A stretch of DNA of 64,000 nt from an uncultured Thermoleophilia bacterium (GTDB lineage: Bacteria; Actinomycetota; Thermoleophilia; Gaiellales; Gaiellaceae), in NCBI GenBank assembly GCA_963742615.1, contig CAVUMS010000006.1:38877-102876 (forward strand), in the 5' to 3' direction. The notes beneath the pieces were generated by a model, which saw nothing but the letters and a program-made list of their open reading frames with translations, was not told the DNA's origin and did not search any database. The position numbers and the translations under genes are program-made. This document shows positions 19,029 to 29,276 of the stretch, piece by piece; position 1 is the first letter of the stretch; each line of letters opens with the position of its first letter.

Positions 19029-19980
19029 CACTCGAACCGCACCCGCGGGTCGAGCAGCGCGTGCGCGACGTCGGTGAGCAGGTAGACGAGCACGACCATC
19101 ACCGCGAAGACGAGCGTCACCGCCTGCACGACCGGGAAGTCGCGCTGGAAGATCGAGTTGATCATCAGCTGGCCGATGCCCGGGCAGGGCGAAGACCTGC
19201 TCGATCACGAGCGTCCCGCCGACGAGGTAGCCGATGTTGACGCCGAGCACCGTGACGGTCGAGATGATCGCGTTGCGGAGCGCGTGCTGCGCGAGCACGC
19301 GCCGCTCCGGCAGGCCCTTCGAGCGCGCGGTCGTGACGTAGTCCGACTCGAGCACCTCGAGCAGGCTCGCGCGCAGGCTGCGGATCAGGATCGGCGCGAG
19401 TGCCGAGCGCGACCGTCAGCGCCGGCAGGAACATCGAGTGCAGGTGGCCGAAGAACCCGTTGCCGTAGCCGCCGACCGGGAACGCGCGCCCGAGGTGCAG
19501 CCCGAAGACGAGCAGCAGCACGATCCCGAGCCAGAACGGCGGGAAGCCGAGCCCGACGAGCGGCACCGCGCGGACGACGTGGTCGGGCACGCGGTCGCGC
19601 CTGCGTCGCGGCGATCGCCGCGAGCGGCACGGCGATCAGCACCGCGAAGCAGCGCGCCGAGGCCGATCAGCCAGAGCGTCACCGGCAGCCGCTCGAGCAC
19701 GAGGTGGCCGGCCGAGACGCCGTAGAAGAGCGAGTCGCCGAGGTCGCCGTGCACGACCCGGCCCATGAACTTCCCGTACTGCACCGGCAGCGGCTTGTCG
19801 AGCCCCCACTCGTGGCGGAGCAGCGCGACGCGCGCCGGCGTCGCCTGGTTCCCGAGGATCGTCGCGCGCCGGATCGCCCGGGCACGAGGTGGATCAGGAA
19901 GAAGACGAGGATCGTGACGCCGAGCGACGATCGGGATCAGCTGCAGGAGGCGCCGCGCCGACGTAGCCGCCGAGGCTCAC
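19028..19980 (-). pseudogene. ABC transporter permease (DppB/OppB-like), multiple frameshifts
   Basis: GTG 19980 gives VSLGGYVG.. Further blocks are QYGKFMGRVVHGDLGDSLFYGVSAGHLVLERLPVTLWLIGLGALL, PDHVVRAVPLVGLGFPPFWLGIVLLLVFGLHLGRAFPVGGYGNGFFGHLHSMFLPALTVALG and LESDYVTTARSKGLPERRVLAQHALRNAIISTVTVLGVNIGYLVGGTLVIEQVFALPG. The stop is TGA 19028-19030. Confidence 0.8.
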
Positions 19981-20011
19981 GCCCCTACCTCGCTTCCGCG
20001 CCGAGCTCAGA

Positions 20012-21583
20012 TCACTTGCCGAGCCAGGCGTCCTCCAGGTGGTAGTTGCCGAGCGGGTAGACGAAGAACCCGTGCAGCTTGCTCGAGTACGCGTAGCGGA
20101 ACGGCGAGTAGTAGAGGAAGCCCAGGAACGCGTCGTGGGCCGCGATCTTCTGGATCTGCGCGTAGAGCTGCGCCCGCTTGGCCGACGTTCGTCTCGCGCT
20201 GCGCCTGGTGCGAGAGCTTGATCACCGTCGGGTTGTTGTAGTCGCGTGTAGAACGAGTGCGCGCCGCCCGCCGGATCGACCGCGAACGTGACGAGCTCGT
20301 CCGGGTCGGCGATGTCCATCGTCCAGTAGCTGAAGCCGAGCTGGTACTTCTGCTTCTGGATGTTCTGGAACTCGGTCGATCGTGTCCTGCCTGCTTGAAG
20401 GTCACGTCGATGCCGAGCGGCTTGAGCGCGCTGCTGCATGATCTGCCCGATCGCGGTCTCGACCTGCGCGCCGGCGCCGACGAGCATCTGACACCTTGAA
20501 GCCCTTCGGGTACTTCGACTTCGCCATCTCGGCCTTCGCCTTCGCGATGTCGTACTGCAGGCCGCCGCGAGTTCGGGTCGTAGAACGGCACCTGCGGCGG
20601 CAGGAACGAGTTCGCCGGCGTGCCGTAGCCGAACAGCACCGACTTGACGATCGCCGTTGCGGTCGATCGCGTACGAGATCGCGCGGCGCACGTGCACGTC
20701 GGCGAGCGGCGCGTACTTCTCGTTCATGTCGAGGTAGTCGGTGCGCGTCGACGGGAACAGCGTCATCGTCACGCCCGGACGTGTTCTGCAGCTTCGTGAT
20801 CGAGTTGAACGGCGGGAACTCGTCGACCTGGATCTGGCCGCCGCGCAGCTGCAGCTCGCGCGTGTTCTCGTCGGTGACGTACGTCCAGGTGACCGAGTCG
20901 AGGTACGGCTTGCCCTTCTGCCAGTAGTTCGGGTTGCGCTTGAACGTGACCGACTGGCCGACGACGCGCTTGTCCCACATGAACGGGCCCGGTGCCGATC
21001 GGGTGCTTGTAGAACGCCGTCCGCGTCTGGCCGGCGAAGTTGTTCGGGATGATCCCGTTCGCGAACAGCGCGATGTCGGCGAGGAACGGCGCCCACTGGA
21101 ACTTCAGGTGGAAGACGACCGTGCTCGGGTTCGGCGCCGTGATGTTCTTGATCGCCGCGTCGAGGTAGCCCCAGCCCTTCGACTGCGCGCGCGCGTCGTC
21201 GATCGAGAACTTGACGTCGGCCGACGTCATCGGCTGGCCGTTCGAGAACTTGACGCCCTGGCGCAGCTTGAAGGTGTACGTCTTGCCGTCGCTTCGAGGC
21301 CGTGTAGCTCGTGGCGAGCCACGGCTTCAGCGTCTTGCCGTCGGGCGCGACCGTGTAGAGCGGCTCGATGATCTGCTCGGCGAGCCAGATCGACTCGTTC
21401 TGGAAGACGTTCGTCTTGTCGAACGACTGCGAGTCCTCGATGCGCGCGATCGTGATCGAGCCGCCGCGCTTCGGCGTGGCGGACGCGCTGCTCGAGCCGT
21501 TGCCGCCCGCCAGCGCGGCCGCGGCTCCGGCCGCCGCGACCAAGGCGAGGGCAAGGACAGAGGAGGGTTCTACGTGCCTTCAC
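20012..21583 (-). pseudogene. ABC transporter substrate-binding protein, family 5 (peptide/nickel type), at least 11 frameshifts
   Basis: GTG 21583 follows aaggag and opens a signal-like N-terminus. Blocks are GGSITIARIEDSQSFDKTNVFQNESIWLAEQIIEPLYTVAPDGKTLKPWLATSY, MTSADVKFSIDDARAQSKGWGYLDAAIKNI, WDKRVVGQSVTFKRNPNYWQKGKPYLDSVTWTYVTDENTRELQLRGGQIQV, TMTLFPSTRTDYLDMNEKYAPLADVHVRRAISYAIDR and YQLGFSYWTMDIADPDELVTFAVDP. The end ..NYHLEDAWLGK is followed by stop TGA 20012-20014. Confidence 0.8.
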
Positions 21584-21620
21584 GGTCACTCCTTCGGAAC
21601 GGGGACGCCAGGTGGGGTTC

Positions 21621-21628
21621 TGTATACA
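21621..21628. promoter_or_regulatory. Perfect palindrome TGTATACA, candidate GntR-family operator
   Basis: It lies in the 63-bp divergent spacer between the SBP gene (start 21583) and the GntR gene (start 21647), inside the only AT-rich patch there (ttctgtatacaacacaca). It fits the GT-N-AC core used by GntR/FadR-type regulators. Confidence 0.4.
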
Positions 21629-21646
21629 ACACACAGCACACCCGCG

Positions 21647-22349
21647 ATGCGAATGCTCGACCCCCCGCCCCAGCTCGCCTCCGACGAGGAGCCGCCCCAT
21701 CCGGCGGACCACAAGCTGCTCTCGCGGACGGTCGCCGACTGGCTGGCGGAGCGGATCATCACCGGCGAGGAGGCGCCTGGCGCCCGCCTGACCGAGACGA
21801 AGCTCGCCGACCGGGCCGGGGTGAGCCGCTCGCCGGTGCGGGAGGCGCTGCGGATCCTGCAGAGCGAAGGGCTCGTCGAGATCGTCCCGCGGCAGGGAGC
21901 GCTGGTCGCGCAGATCGGGATCACCGACGTCGAGGACCTCTACGCCTGCCGGATGCTGCTCGAGCCGGTCTCGACCCGGCTCGCGGTCGAGACGCTGACC
22001 GAGGACGCCGTCATCGAGCTCGACGTCAAGCGGAAGCGGATGGAGCAGGCGGTGGCGGATCACGACCCGCGCCGCTTCCTCGGCGAGAACATCGTCTACT
22101 TCAAGTCGCTCCACCTCCGTTGCCCGAACGAGACGCTGCGCGAGCTCGTCGACCTGACGTGGAAGAAGTCGGTGCGCTACTGGAGCATCTTCGCCCGGCT
22201 GCCGCAGTACGGGCACCTATCGCTCGTGCAGCACCGCGTGCTGCACGCAGGCCGTGCGCGCGCGCGACGGCGAGGCAGCCGAGCACGCCGACCGGCAGAT
22301 CCTCGAGCGCGCGCTCCAGACGATCGTCGACACATTCGAGCACCGGTGA
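21647..22349 (+). pseudogene. GntR family (FadR/FCD-type) transcriptional regulator, one frameshift near 22250
   Basis: The winged-helix region is GARLTETKLADRAGVSRSPVREALRILQSEGLVEIVPRQGALV. The FCD-like helical C-terminus is DLYACRMLLEP..LHLRCPNETLRELVDLTW.. The last about 30 codons (..DGEAAEHADRQILERALQTIVDTFEHR) are in another frame, ending TGA 22347-22349. Confidence 0.8.
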
Positions 22350-23322
22350 GCGAGTACGTCGTCGTCGGCGCCGGCGCGATCGGCGGCACGGTCGGCGCGC
22401 GGCTCGCGCGCGACGGGCACGTCGGTGCTCTTCTGCGACGCCGATCGCCGAGCACGTCGCCGCGATCAACGACGCGCGGCCTGCGCGATCGAGGGGCCGG
22501 TCGAGCAGTTCACGGTCGAGGCGCCGCGCCGTCTCGCCCGGACGAGCTGCCCGGACGAGCTCGGCGCCGTGCTGCTCGCGGTCAAGTCGCAGCACACCGA
22601 GGCGGCGCTCGCCGCGATCGCGCCGCGGCTCGCGCCGGACGGCTTCGTCGTCTCGCTCCAGAACGGCGTCAACGAGCCGCTGATCGCGTCGGCCGTCGGC
22701 GAGGAGCGGACGGTCGGCGCGTTCGTCAACTTCGGCGCCGACTACCTCGCGCCGGGCCGGATCTTCGTCGGCGGGCGCGGCGCCGCTCTACGTCGGCGAG
22801 CTCGACGGCCGCCGCAGCGAGCGGGTCGAGCAGCTCGTGCGCGACCTGCCGGACGCGAAGGAGACCGCGCAACATCCTCGGCTTCCTCTGGGCGAAGGAG
22901 GCGTACGGCGCGATGCTGTTCGCGACCGCCGTCTCCGACCTCTCGATCGCCGACGCGCTCGCCGAGCCGCGCTACCGCCCGCTCTTCGTGCGGCTCGCGC
23001 GCGAGGTGCTCGCCGCCGCGCCGGTGCCGGTCGAGCCGTTCGACGGCTTCGACGCCGACGACCTCGACGGCTCGATCGACCGGCTCGTCGAGTTCAACCG
23101 CCGCTCGGCGAAGACGCACTCCGGCATCTACCGCGACCTGTGGTGCGCAAGCGGCCAGACCGAGAAGGCGATCCTCGACGGACATCGACGGGCCGCTGCT
23201 GCGGCGCACGCTCGAGCTGATCCAGCGAGATCGAGGACGGGCCGGCGCGACGTGCGAGGTCGCGAACCTCGAGCTGCTCGCCGCGTACGCAGCGCCTGCG
23301 AGGAGCGGGCGCCGCGCGCTGA
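22346..23322 (+). pseudogene. Ketopantoate-reductase (PanE/ApbA) family oxidoreductase, multiple frameshifts
   Basis: GTG 22346 overlaps the GntR stop (GTGA). Blocks are the Rossmann N-terminus VSEYVVVGAGAIGGTVGARLARDGH, LGAVLLAVKSQHTEAALAAIAPRLAPDGFVVSLQNGVNE, NILGFLWAKEAYGAMLFATAV and RSAKTHSGIYRDLW. The 3' end is approximate. Confidence 0.65.
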
Positions 23323-23327
23323 ACGCG

Positions 23328-24494
23328 GTGATCACCGAGCTGCCGCCCGGCGAGCGCGCCGCCGACGGGCCGCTGCACGGCGTCGCCGGTCGCGGTCAAG
23401 GACAACATCGACGTCGCGCGGCGTCGTGACGACGAACGCCTCGACGGTCGGCGTGCCGCCGCCGGCCGCGCGCGGACGCGACCGGTCGTCGCGCCGCCTG
23501 CGCGCCGCCGGCGCCGAGCTGCTCTGCAAGACGAACCTGCTCGAGTACGCGGCCGGCAGCGTCAACCCGGCGTACGGGATGACCTACAACCCGCGCGACC
23601 GAGAGCCGCACCTCGGGCGGCTCGAGCAGCGGCTCGGCCGCGCTCGTCGCGGCCGGCGTGTGCGACTACGCGCTCGGCACCGACACCGGCGGCTCGATCC
23701 GGATCCCGGCCGCGTACTGCGGGATCGTCGGGCTGAAGCCGACGCTACGGCCTCGTCCCGGTCGACGGCGTGTTCCCGCTCTCCGACAGTCGTGCGACCA
23801 CGTCGGCACGCTCACGCGCACGGTCGAGCAGACGGCGACGCTGCTCGGCGTGCTCGCCGGGCCGCCGGTCGAGCTCCGCCGGTCGACGGGGCTGCGCATC
23901 GGCGTGCTGCGGCGCCAGCTCGACGATCCCGACCTCGTCACCGCGGCGTGCGCGACCGCGTGCACGAGGCGATCGACGCGCTCGGCGGCGGCCGGCTTCG
24001 AGCTCGTCGACGTCGACGCTGCCCGAGCTCGACCTCGTCGACGAGGCGCTCGGCGCGATCGTCCTCTACGAGGCGTGGGAGGTGCACCGCGAGCTCTTCG
24101 AGCGCGACGGCGGACGGCTACGGGCCCGGCACGCGCGCGCTGCTCGAGCTCGGCGCGAAGGTCGACGACGAGGCGACTACCGCGCCGGCGCTCGCCGACC
24201 GGGAGCGGGTCGCCGCCGGCTTCGCCGCGCGTGCTTCGAGCGAGGTCGACGTGCTCGCCGGGCCGACCGTCGCCTACCCGGCGCCGCCCGAGGATCCGCC
24301 GGTCGGCACGCCCGAGGGCGACGTCGAGGGCGCGCTTCACCGGCCCGTACAACCTCGCCGGGCATCCCGGCCGTGTCGCTGCCGTGCGGGATCGCCGAGG
24401 GGACGCTGCCCGCCGGGCTCCAGCTCGCGGCCGCCGTCGGCGACGACGCGCTGCTGCTGTCCGTCGCCCGCGCTACGAGGAGGTCGCCGCATGA
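23328..24494 (+). pseudogene. Amidase (amidase-signature family), multiple frameshifts
   Basis: Blocks are [45 protein letters not shown], the AS signature region ([29 protein letters not shown]), [23 protein letters not shown] and [42 protein letters not shown]. The stop is at 24492-24494. The start is approximate. Confidence 0.75.
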
Positions 24495-25212
24495 GGATCG
24501 AGGACTGCAACTGGATGCAGCTCGAGGAGTACCTGCGAGAGCGACGACCGGATCGTGCTGCCGCTCGGCTCGGTCGAGCAGCACGCCTACCTCTCGCTCG
24601 GCGTCGACCTGATCCTCTCCGAGCGCGTCGTCGGTCGAGGCGGCCGAGCCGCTCGGCGTGCCCGTGCTGCCGTCGCTGCCGTACGGGCTGACGCCGTACT
24701 TCGCCGCGTACCCCGGCAGCCCGACGCTGCAGCGTCGAGACGTACGGCGCGCTGCTCGCGCGACCTGCTCGACTCGCTCGCACGACCAGGGCTTCCGGCG
24801 CTTCCTGCTCGTGAACGGGCACGGCGGCAACGACGCCGGCGGCGCGCCGGCGACCGAGGAGTGGCAGCGCGGCGCACCCGGACGCCGCAGGTGCTCTGGC
24901 ACAACTGGTGGAACGGCCCGCGCACGTGCGGCGGTCGTCGACGTCGATCGACGCCGACGCGTCGCACGCGTCGTGGTTCGAGAACTTCCCGTGGACGCGG
25001 CTCGCCGGCGTCGAGCAGCCGCGACGAGCGCAAGCCGATGGCGGACATCTCGCACGATGCGCGCAGCTCGACCCGCAGGCGGTGCGCGAGCTGCTCGGCG
25101 ACGGCTCGCTCGGCGGCCTCTACGAGCGGCCCGACGACGACGTGCTGCGCGTCTGGCAGGCGGGCGTCGAGGAGGTGCGCGAGCTGCTCGAGAACGGCTG
25201 GTCGATGCCTGA
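24491..25212 (+). pseudogene. Creatininase (creatinine amidohydrolase) family protein, multiple frameshifts
   Basis: ATG 24491 overlaps the amidase stop (ATGA). Blocks are [75 protein letters not shown] and DADASHASWFENFPW. The 3' end is uncertain (see finding on read-through into the SDR gene). Confidence 0.7.
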
Positions 25213-25911
25213 CCTCGCCGGCCAGGTCGCGCTCGTCACCGGCACGGCGCACGGGATCGGCGCGGCGATCGCCGCCGCGCTCGAGGCGCACGGCGCGACC
25301 GTGCACGGCGTCGACCGCGACACCGTCGACGTCACGCGACGCGCGCGCAGGTCGCCGACGCTCGTGGCGAGCGCATCGGCCGCGTCGACATCCTCGTCAA
25401 CAACGCGGGCGGCGTCGTCGGCCAGGTCGGCCGGCCGCTCGAGGAGGTCTCGCGACGACGACTGGCGCGCGGTCGTCGACGCGAACCTGACGAGCACGTT
25501 CGTCTGCACGCGCGCGGTCGCGCCGGGGATGAAGGAGCGCCGGCTACGGGCGGATCGTCAACATCTCCTCCGGCGCCGGCCGCAGCGTCAGCCTGACCGG
25601 CATCCAGGCGTACGCGAGCGCGAAGGCCGGGCAGATCGGCTTCACGCGCCAGACCGCGCACGAGCTCGGGCCGTTCGGGATCACCGTCAACGCGATCGCG
25701 CCCGGCTTCGTGCTCTCGAACCCGACCTCGATCGCGCAGTGGGAGAGCTACGGCGAGGAGGGGCAGCGCGCGGCTGCTCGAGTCGATCGCGACGCGCCGG
25801 CTCGGCACGCCCGAGGACATCGCGAACGGCGTGCTCTTCTTCGTCGCCGACGAGGCGTCGTGGGTGACCGGCCAGGTGATCTCGATCGATGGCGGCCACT
25901 CCATCTTCTGA
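25205..25911 (+). pseudogene. SDR family oxidoreductase (FabG-like), multiple frameshifts
   Basis: Blocks are MPDLAGQVALVTGTAHGIGAAIAAAL, DILVNNAGG, NISSGAG, the catalytic YASAKAGQIGFTRQTAHELGPFGITVNAIAPGFV and WVTGQVISIDGGHSIF. The stop is at 25909-25911. Confidence 0.8.
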
Positions 25912-27242
25912 CGCGCGCTGCGCTACGCGAGCTGGCCGCGTTCCTCGCGATCCCGAGCGTCAGCCTCGACCCGGCGCGACGCGCGGCGACATGCGCGCGC
26001 GCGGCGGAGTGGGTCGCGGCGCAGCTCGCGTTCGCGAACGGGCGCGTCGTCGAGACCGACGGCCACCCGGTCGTGCTCGGCGAGCGGCTCGGTCGCCACG
26101 GACGCGCCGACGATCCTCGTGTACGGCCACTACGACGTGCAGCCGCCGGGCGACGAGGCCGCGTGGACGACGCCGCCGTTCGAGCCGAGCGTCCGCGACG
26201 GCCGCATCTACGGCCGCGGCGCGACCGACGACAAGGGGCCGGTGCGTCGTCGCGCTCGAGACGGCGCGGCGTTCCTCGCGCGACGCGCTGCCGCTCAACG
26301 TCCGCTTCCTGATCGAGGGCGAGGAGGAGATCGGCAGCCCGAGCCTGCCGGCGTTCCTCGAGCGAGCATCGCGACGAGCTCGCGCGCCGACCTCGTCGTG
26401 TCGGCCGACGGGGCGATGTGGCGGCCGAGCGAGCCGTCGGTCGCCGATCGCGGCGAAGGGGCTGCTCGCGCTCGACCTCGTCGTCACGCGGGCCGGCGTC
26501 CGACCTGCACTCGGGCCGCCACGGCGGCGCCGTCCAGAACCCGAACCACGCGCTCGCGCGCGATCGTCGCGAGCCTGCACGACGCCGGACGGCGCGCGTC
26601 GCGGTGCCGGGCTTCTACGACGACGTCGCGCGCTCGCCGCGGCCGACCGCGACGGCGCTCGAGCGCGTGCCGTTCGACGAGGAGGCCTACCGCGCGCGAG
26701 GTCGGCGTGCCGGCGCTGCACGGCGAGCCGGGCTACTCGACGCTCGAGCGGCTGTGGACGCGGCCGACGCTCGAGGTGAACGAGCTGTCGCGGCGGCGGC
26801 GCGTTCACCGTGATCCCGCGCGAGGCACGCGCGCACATCACCTGCCGGCTCGTGCCCGACCAGGATCCGGACCGCGTCTTCGCGGCGATCGCCGCGCACG
26901 TCGCGGACGCGTCGCCCGCCCGGCGTCGAGCGTGCGCGTCGAAGCCGCAGCCCGGCGCGCGTGCCGGCGTACGCGATCGCGGCCGACCACCCGGCCGTCG
27001 TCGCCGCGCACAGGCGCTGCGCACCGTCTACCCCGACCGGGAGCCGCTGCTCGTGCGCATCGGCGGCACGCTGCCGGCGGCGGTCGCTCTTCGAGCGCGT
27101 CCTCGGCCTGAAGACGCTGCTCTTCTCGTTCTCGACCGCCGACGAGAACCTGCACGCGCCGAACGAGTTCTTCCGGCTCGAGCCGCCTCGACGAGGGCGA
27201 TGCGCGGCCTGGGCCGAGCTCTGGCGGCTCCTGGCGGCCTGA
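25889..27242 (+). pseudogene. M20 family dipeptidase/peptidase, multiple frameshifts
   Basis: Blocks are [123 protein letters not shown] and LFSFSTADENLHAPNEFFRL. The end is WAELWRLLAA (ORF 26961..27242). The proposed ATG 25889 requires a frameshift within the first 10 codons. Confidence 0.75.
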
Positions 27243-27248
27243 TCCGGT

Positions 27249-27572
27249 TCAGAAGAGCCCGAGGATCCGCTTCAGCGACTCGTCGAGCTCCTGCAGCTCG
27301 GCAGGCGAGAGACGACCCAACGAGCGACCGACACGGCTCCTGTCGACCGTCGATACCTGGTCGGTGAGCAACCTCGTCCTCTGCCCGCGAACCGTGACCT
27401 CGGGACGGAAGATCGCCGGCTGGGCACTCGACGAGGTCGGAACGACGATCACCGTCGTCAGCCAGGCGACCTCGTCGGCCTGGACCACGACGGCATAGCG
27501 CCGGCCGCGCTGCGCAAGACCGAGGGCGCCGCGAGCGGGCCGAACCGCGACCGCGTCACCGCGGTGAATCAA
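27249..27572 (-). CDS. mazF: Type II toxin, PemK/MazF family endoribonuclease
   Basis: Uninterrupted 107-aa ORF with the MazF pattern (RGDAVAV..GLAQRGRRYAVVVQADE..TVIVVPTSSS..LLTDQVSTVDRSRVGRSLGRLSPAELQELDESL). It has a TTG start and overlaps the antitoxin gene by 17 nt. Confidence 0.85.
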   Translation of the reverse strand: MIHRGDAVAVRPARGALGLAQRGRRYAVVVQADEVAWLTTVIVVPTSSSAQPAIFRPEVTVRGQRTRLLTDQVSTVDRSRVGRSLGRLSPAELQELDESLKRILGLF

Positions 27573-27822
27573 GCTCGTCCATGAACGCCCGCACGGCTGC
27601 TATCTCCGCGCGATCGCTCGGATCGTCGGCGAGGCGCTCCGCATCCATGCGCGCCTGCTCGAGCCAGGCTGAGCTCGCCGTGTCGATCAACGCGCGACGA
27701 ATCGCCTCCGACTGGGACTGCCCACGCTCCATCAGCCTGCGGAGTGCGCGCTGGGACTCGTCATCGAGCCTCACCGAGATCGCCTTGTCCGGCACGGAAT
27801 TGGATTGTATCGCGTTTGTCAT
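27556..27822 (-). CDS. Type II antitoxin, ribbon-helix-helix (CopG-like)
   Basis: 88-aa reading frame from ATG 27822 within ORF 27556..28152 (AISVRLDDESQRALRRLMERGQSQSEAIRRALIDTA). It lies immediately upstream of the MazF gene and overlaps it. Confidence 0.8.
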   Translation of the reverse strand: MTNAIQSNSVPDKAISVRLDDESQRALRRLMERGQSQSEAIRRALIDTASSAWLEQARMDAERLADDPSDRAEIAAVRAFMDELDSPR

Positions 27823-28034
27823 ACGCCGCTGCCGTCTCCCGGTCAGGCGGTCGAGTTCCACTCCGGCCGTGCGGCGTCTGCGAGCAACTCCGCACAAACC
27901 AGCGCTCCAGACGTCGTCCTCGGCGGGCGTGCGAGGCAGGGGCTCACGCGCGATCTGCAACTCGGCTGCGAGTGCATGCACCGAAGACTGACACAGCCAC
28001 TTTCGCGGTTCTACCGGCGGCCGTCGTCGGCCCT

Positions 28035-28802
28035 TTAGCGCGTGACTTTGACAAGGAATGAGGCGTGGCCGAGGTTCGCGCTCGCGTCGGCAGCCGAGCA
28101 GGTGACCCGGGTCTTCCCGATCCGGAAAATGCTGCCGGAGGGATGGTCGCACGACGACTTGACGCTGCCCTCGACACTATCCACGGCCGAGACGGAGAAG
28201 TGAACTCGTGCGCCTGCTGCACTCGACGCCTTCGCTGTGCGGTTCACGGCACCACGGAAGGCCGGCGCGGTGAGGTCGAAGGTGAACGAAGGAGCGTTGA
28301 GGGTTCCGGTCACCTGGATCGCGGTACCGTTGCTCGAAATCGACCCCGAGCCGGTCATGCCGCTCAGCCGACCGGTTCCGCCCGTCGCGGTGAAGTCGAT
28401 CGTGGTTCGGTTGAACGTCACACTGAACGGCGTCGAGCAGCCTTGGACCGTGCCGTCGAGCGTGAACGTGCCCTTCCCAGGTGTGGTGACGACGAACTGC
28501 TCCGTCGACTTCCCACAGGACGGATCGGTGGTGTCGGTCGTGCCCGTCGCCGTGAACTGCACGGCCCCGAGCCCTCTGATCGCGCCATGTCCCGCCGCCG
28601 AGAACCCAGCGCAGTCCGCACAATCGGGGCCGCCGATGTAGGTGAGCGTCGCACCAATCGTCAGTGATCCCGCGGTCGCAGCGCCCGCGAGCATCAGAGC
28701 GCTAGCACCAACGGTGCTTGCAAGCAGGGCGCAGCGGCGAAACAGGGCCCGGCGACCAGGGAGACGCTGCTGGATCCTTCCGCTGCGACCGGTCGACCGC
28801 AC
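28035..28802 (-). CDS. Secreted protein with C-terminal HYR (hyalin-repeat) domain
   Basis: Uninterrupted 255-aa ORF. It has a signal-like N-terminus (RRALFRRCALLASTVGASALMLAGAATA), a Thr/Gly-rich beta-type middle region with paired Cys residues, and a C-terminal HYR pattern (HFSVSAVDSVEGSVKSSCDHPSGSIFRIGKTRVTCSAADASANLGHASFLVKV). Confidence 0.7.
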   Translation of the reverse strand: MRSTGRSGRIQQRLPGRRALFRRCALLASTVGASALMLAGAATAGSLTIGATLTYIGGPDCADCAGFSAAGHGAIRGLGAVQFTATGTTDTTDPSCGKSTEQFVVTTPGKGTFTLDGTVQGCSTPFSVTFNRTTIDFTATGGTGRLSGMTGSGSISSNGTAIQVTGTLNAPSFTFDLTAPAFRGAVNRTAKASSAAGARVHFSVSAVDSVEGSVKSSCDHPSGSIFRIGKTRVTCSAADASANLGHASFLVKVTR

Positions 28803-29276
28803 GAGGGCTCCGAGTATCGGTTAGCCGCCGACGCCAGTCAATACGCGCGCGGACGAGCGTCGCGCACATCGACAGTCGGAGGGTCGTTGAGGTTAGTGAT
28901 GCTGCCGGGTACAGCACCGGGACACTCCTCACCAGGATCTCAAGGGCGCTTGCTGCCGAAGTGCGTGTCACTCTCGCGGCAATCGCGCGCGAGATGCCTC
29001 CCGGTGGAGCATGCCTGTCGGCCGGTTCGTCGCGGTCGATGGCTCAACGGTGCCGCATGGCGCCTCAGCACTCAACGGTTGTCGACGGCCACCACGACGC
29101 CGGCTCGAGGCCCGTGCCAAACGCAATACACCCCAAGCCGGAGTGCGCCGGTATCAGCGGAAATTCAACGACCAACTGGATCCTCGCGATTTGCAGCGCC
29201 TTTGTCAGTCGCAGAACCGTAATCGATTCTGCAATCAAGCAGTTGTGAGATTTTCGCGCCGCTTGGGCGATGGCGG

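Noticed and set aside
21368-24691. A 1107-aa ORF that looks like one giant multidomain protein.
   Set aside because: Its translation is a patchwork. Genuine GntR, PanE-like, amidase and creatininase segments alternate with Arg/Ala-rich out-of-frame read-through. It is an artefact of stop-poor GC-rich DNA spanning four separate frameshifted genes.
28718-29248. A 176-aa ORF (and overlapping ORFs 28887..29222, 29011..29496 and 29065..29415) as genes in the 470-bp gap upstream of the HYR gene.
   Set aside because: The translations have no recognisable motif, overlap one another in different frames, and have atypical composition. I treat the region as non-coding or possibly degraded and flag it only inside the low-GC islet finding.
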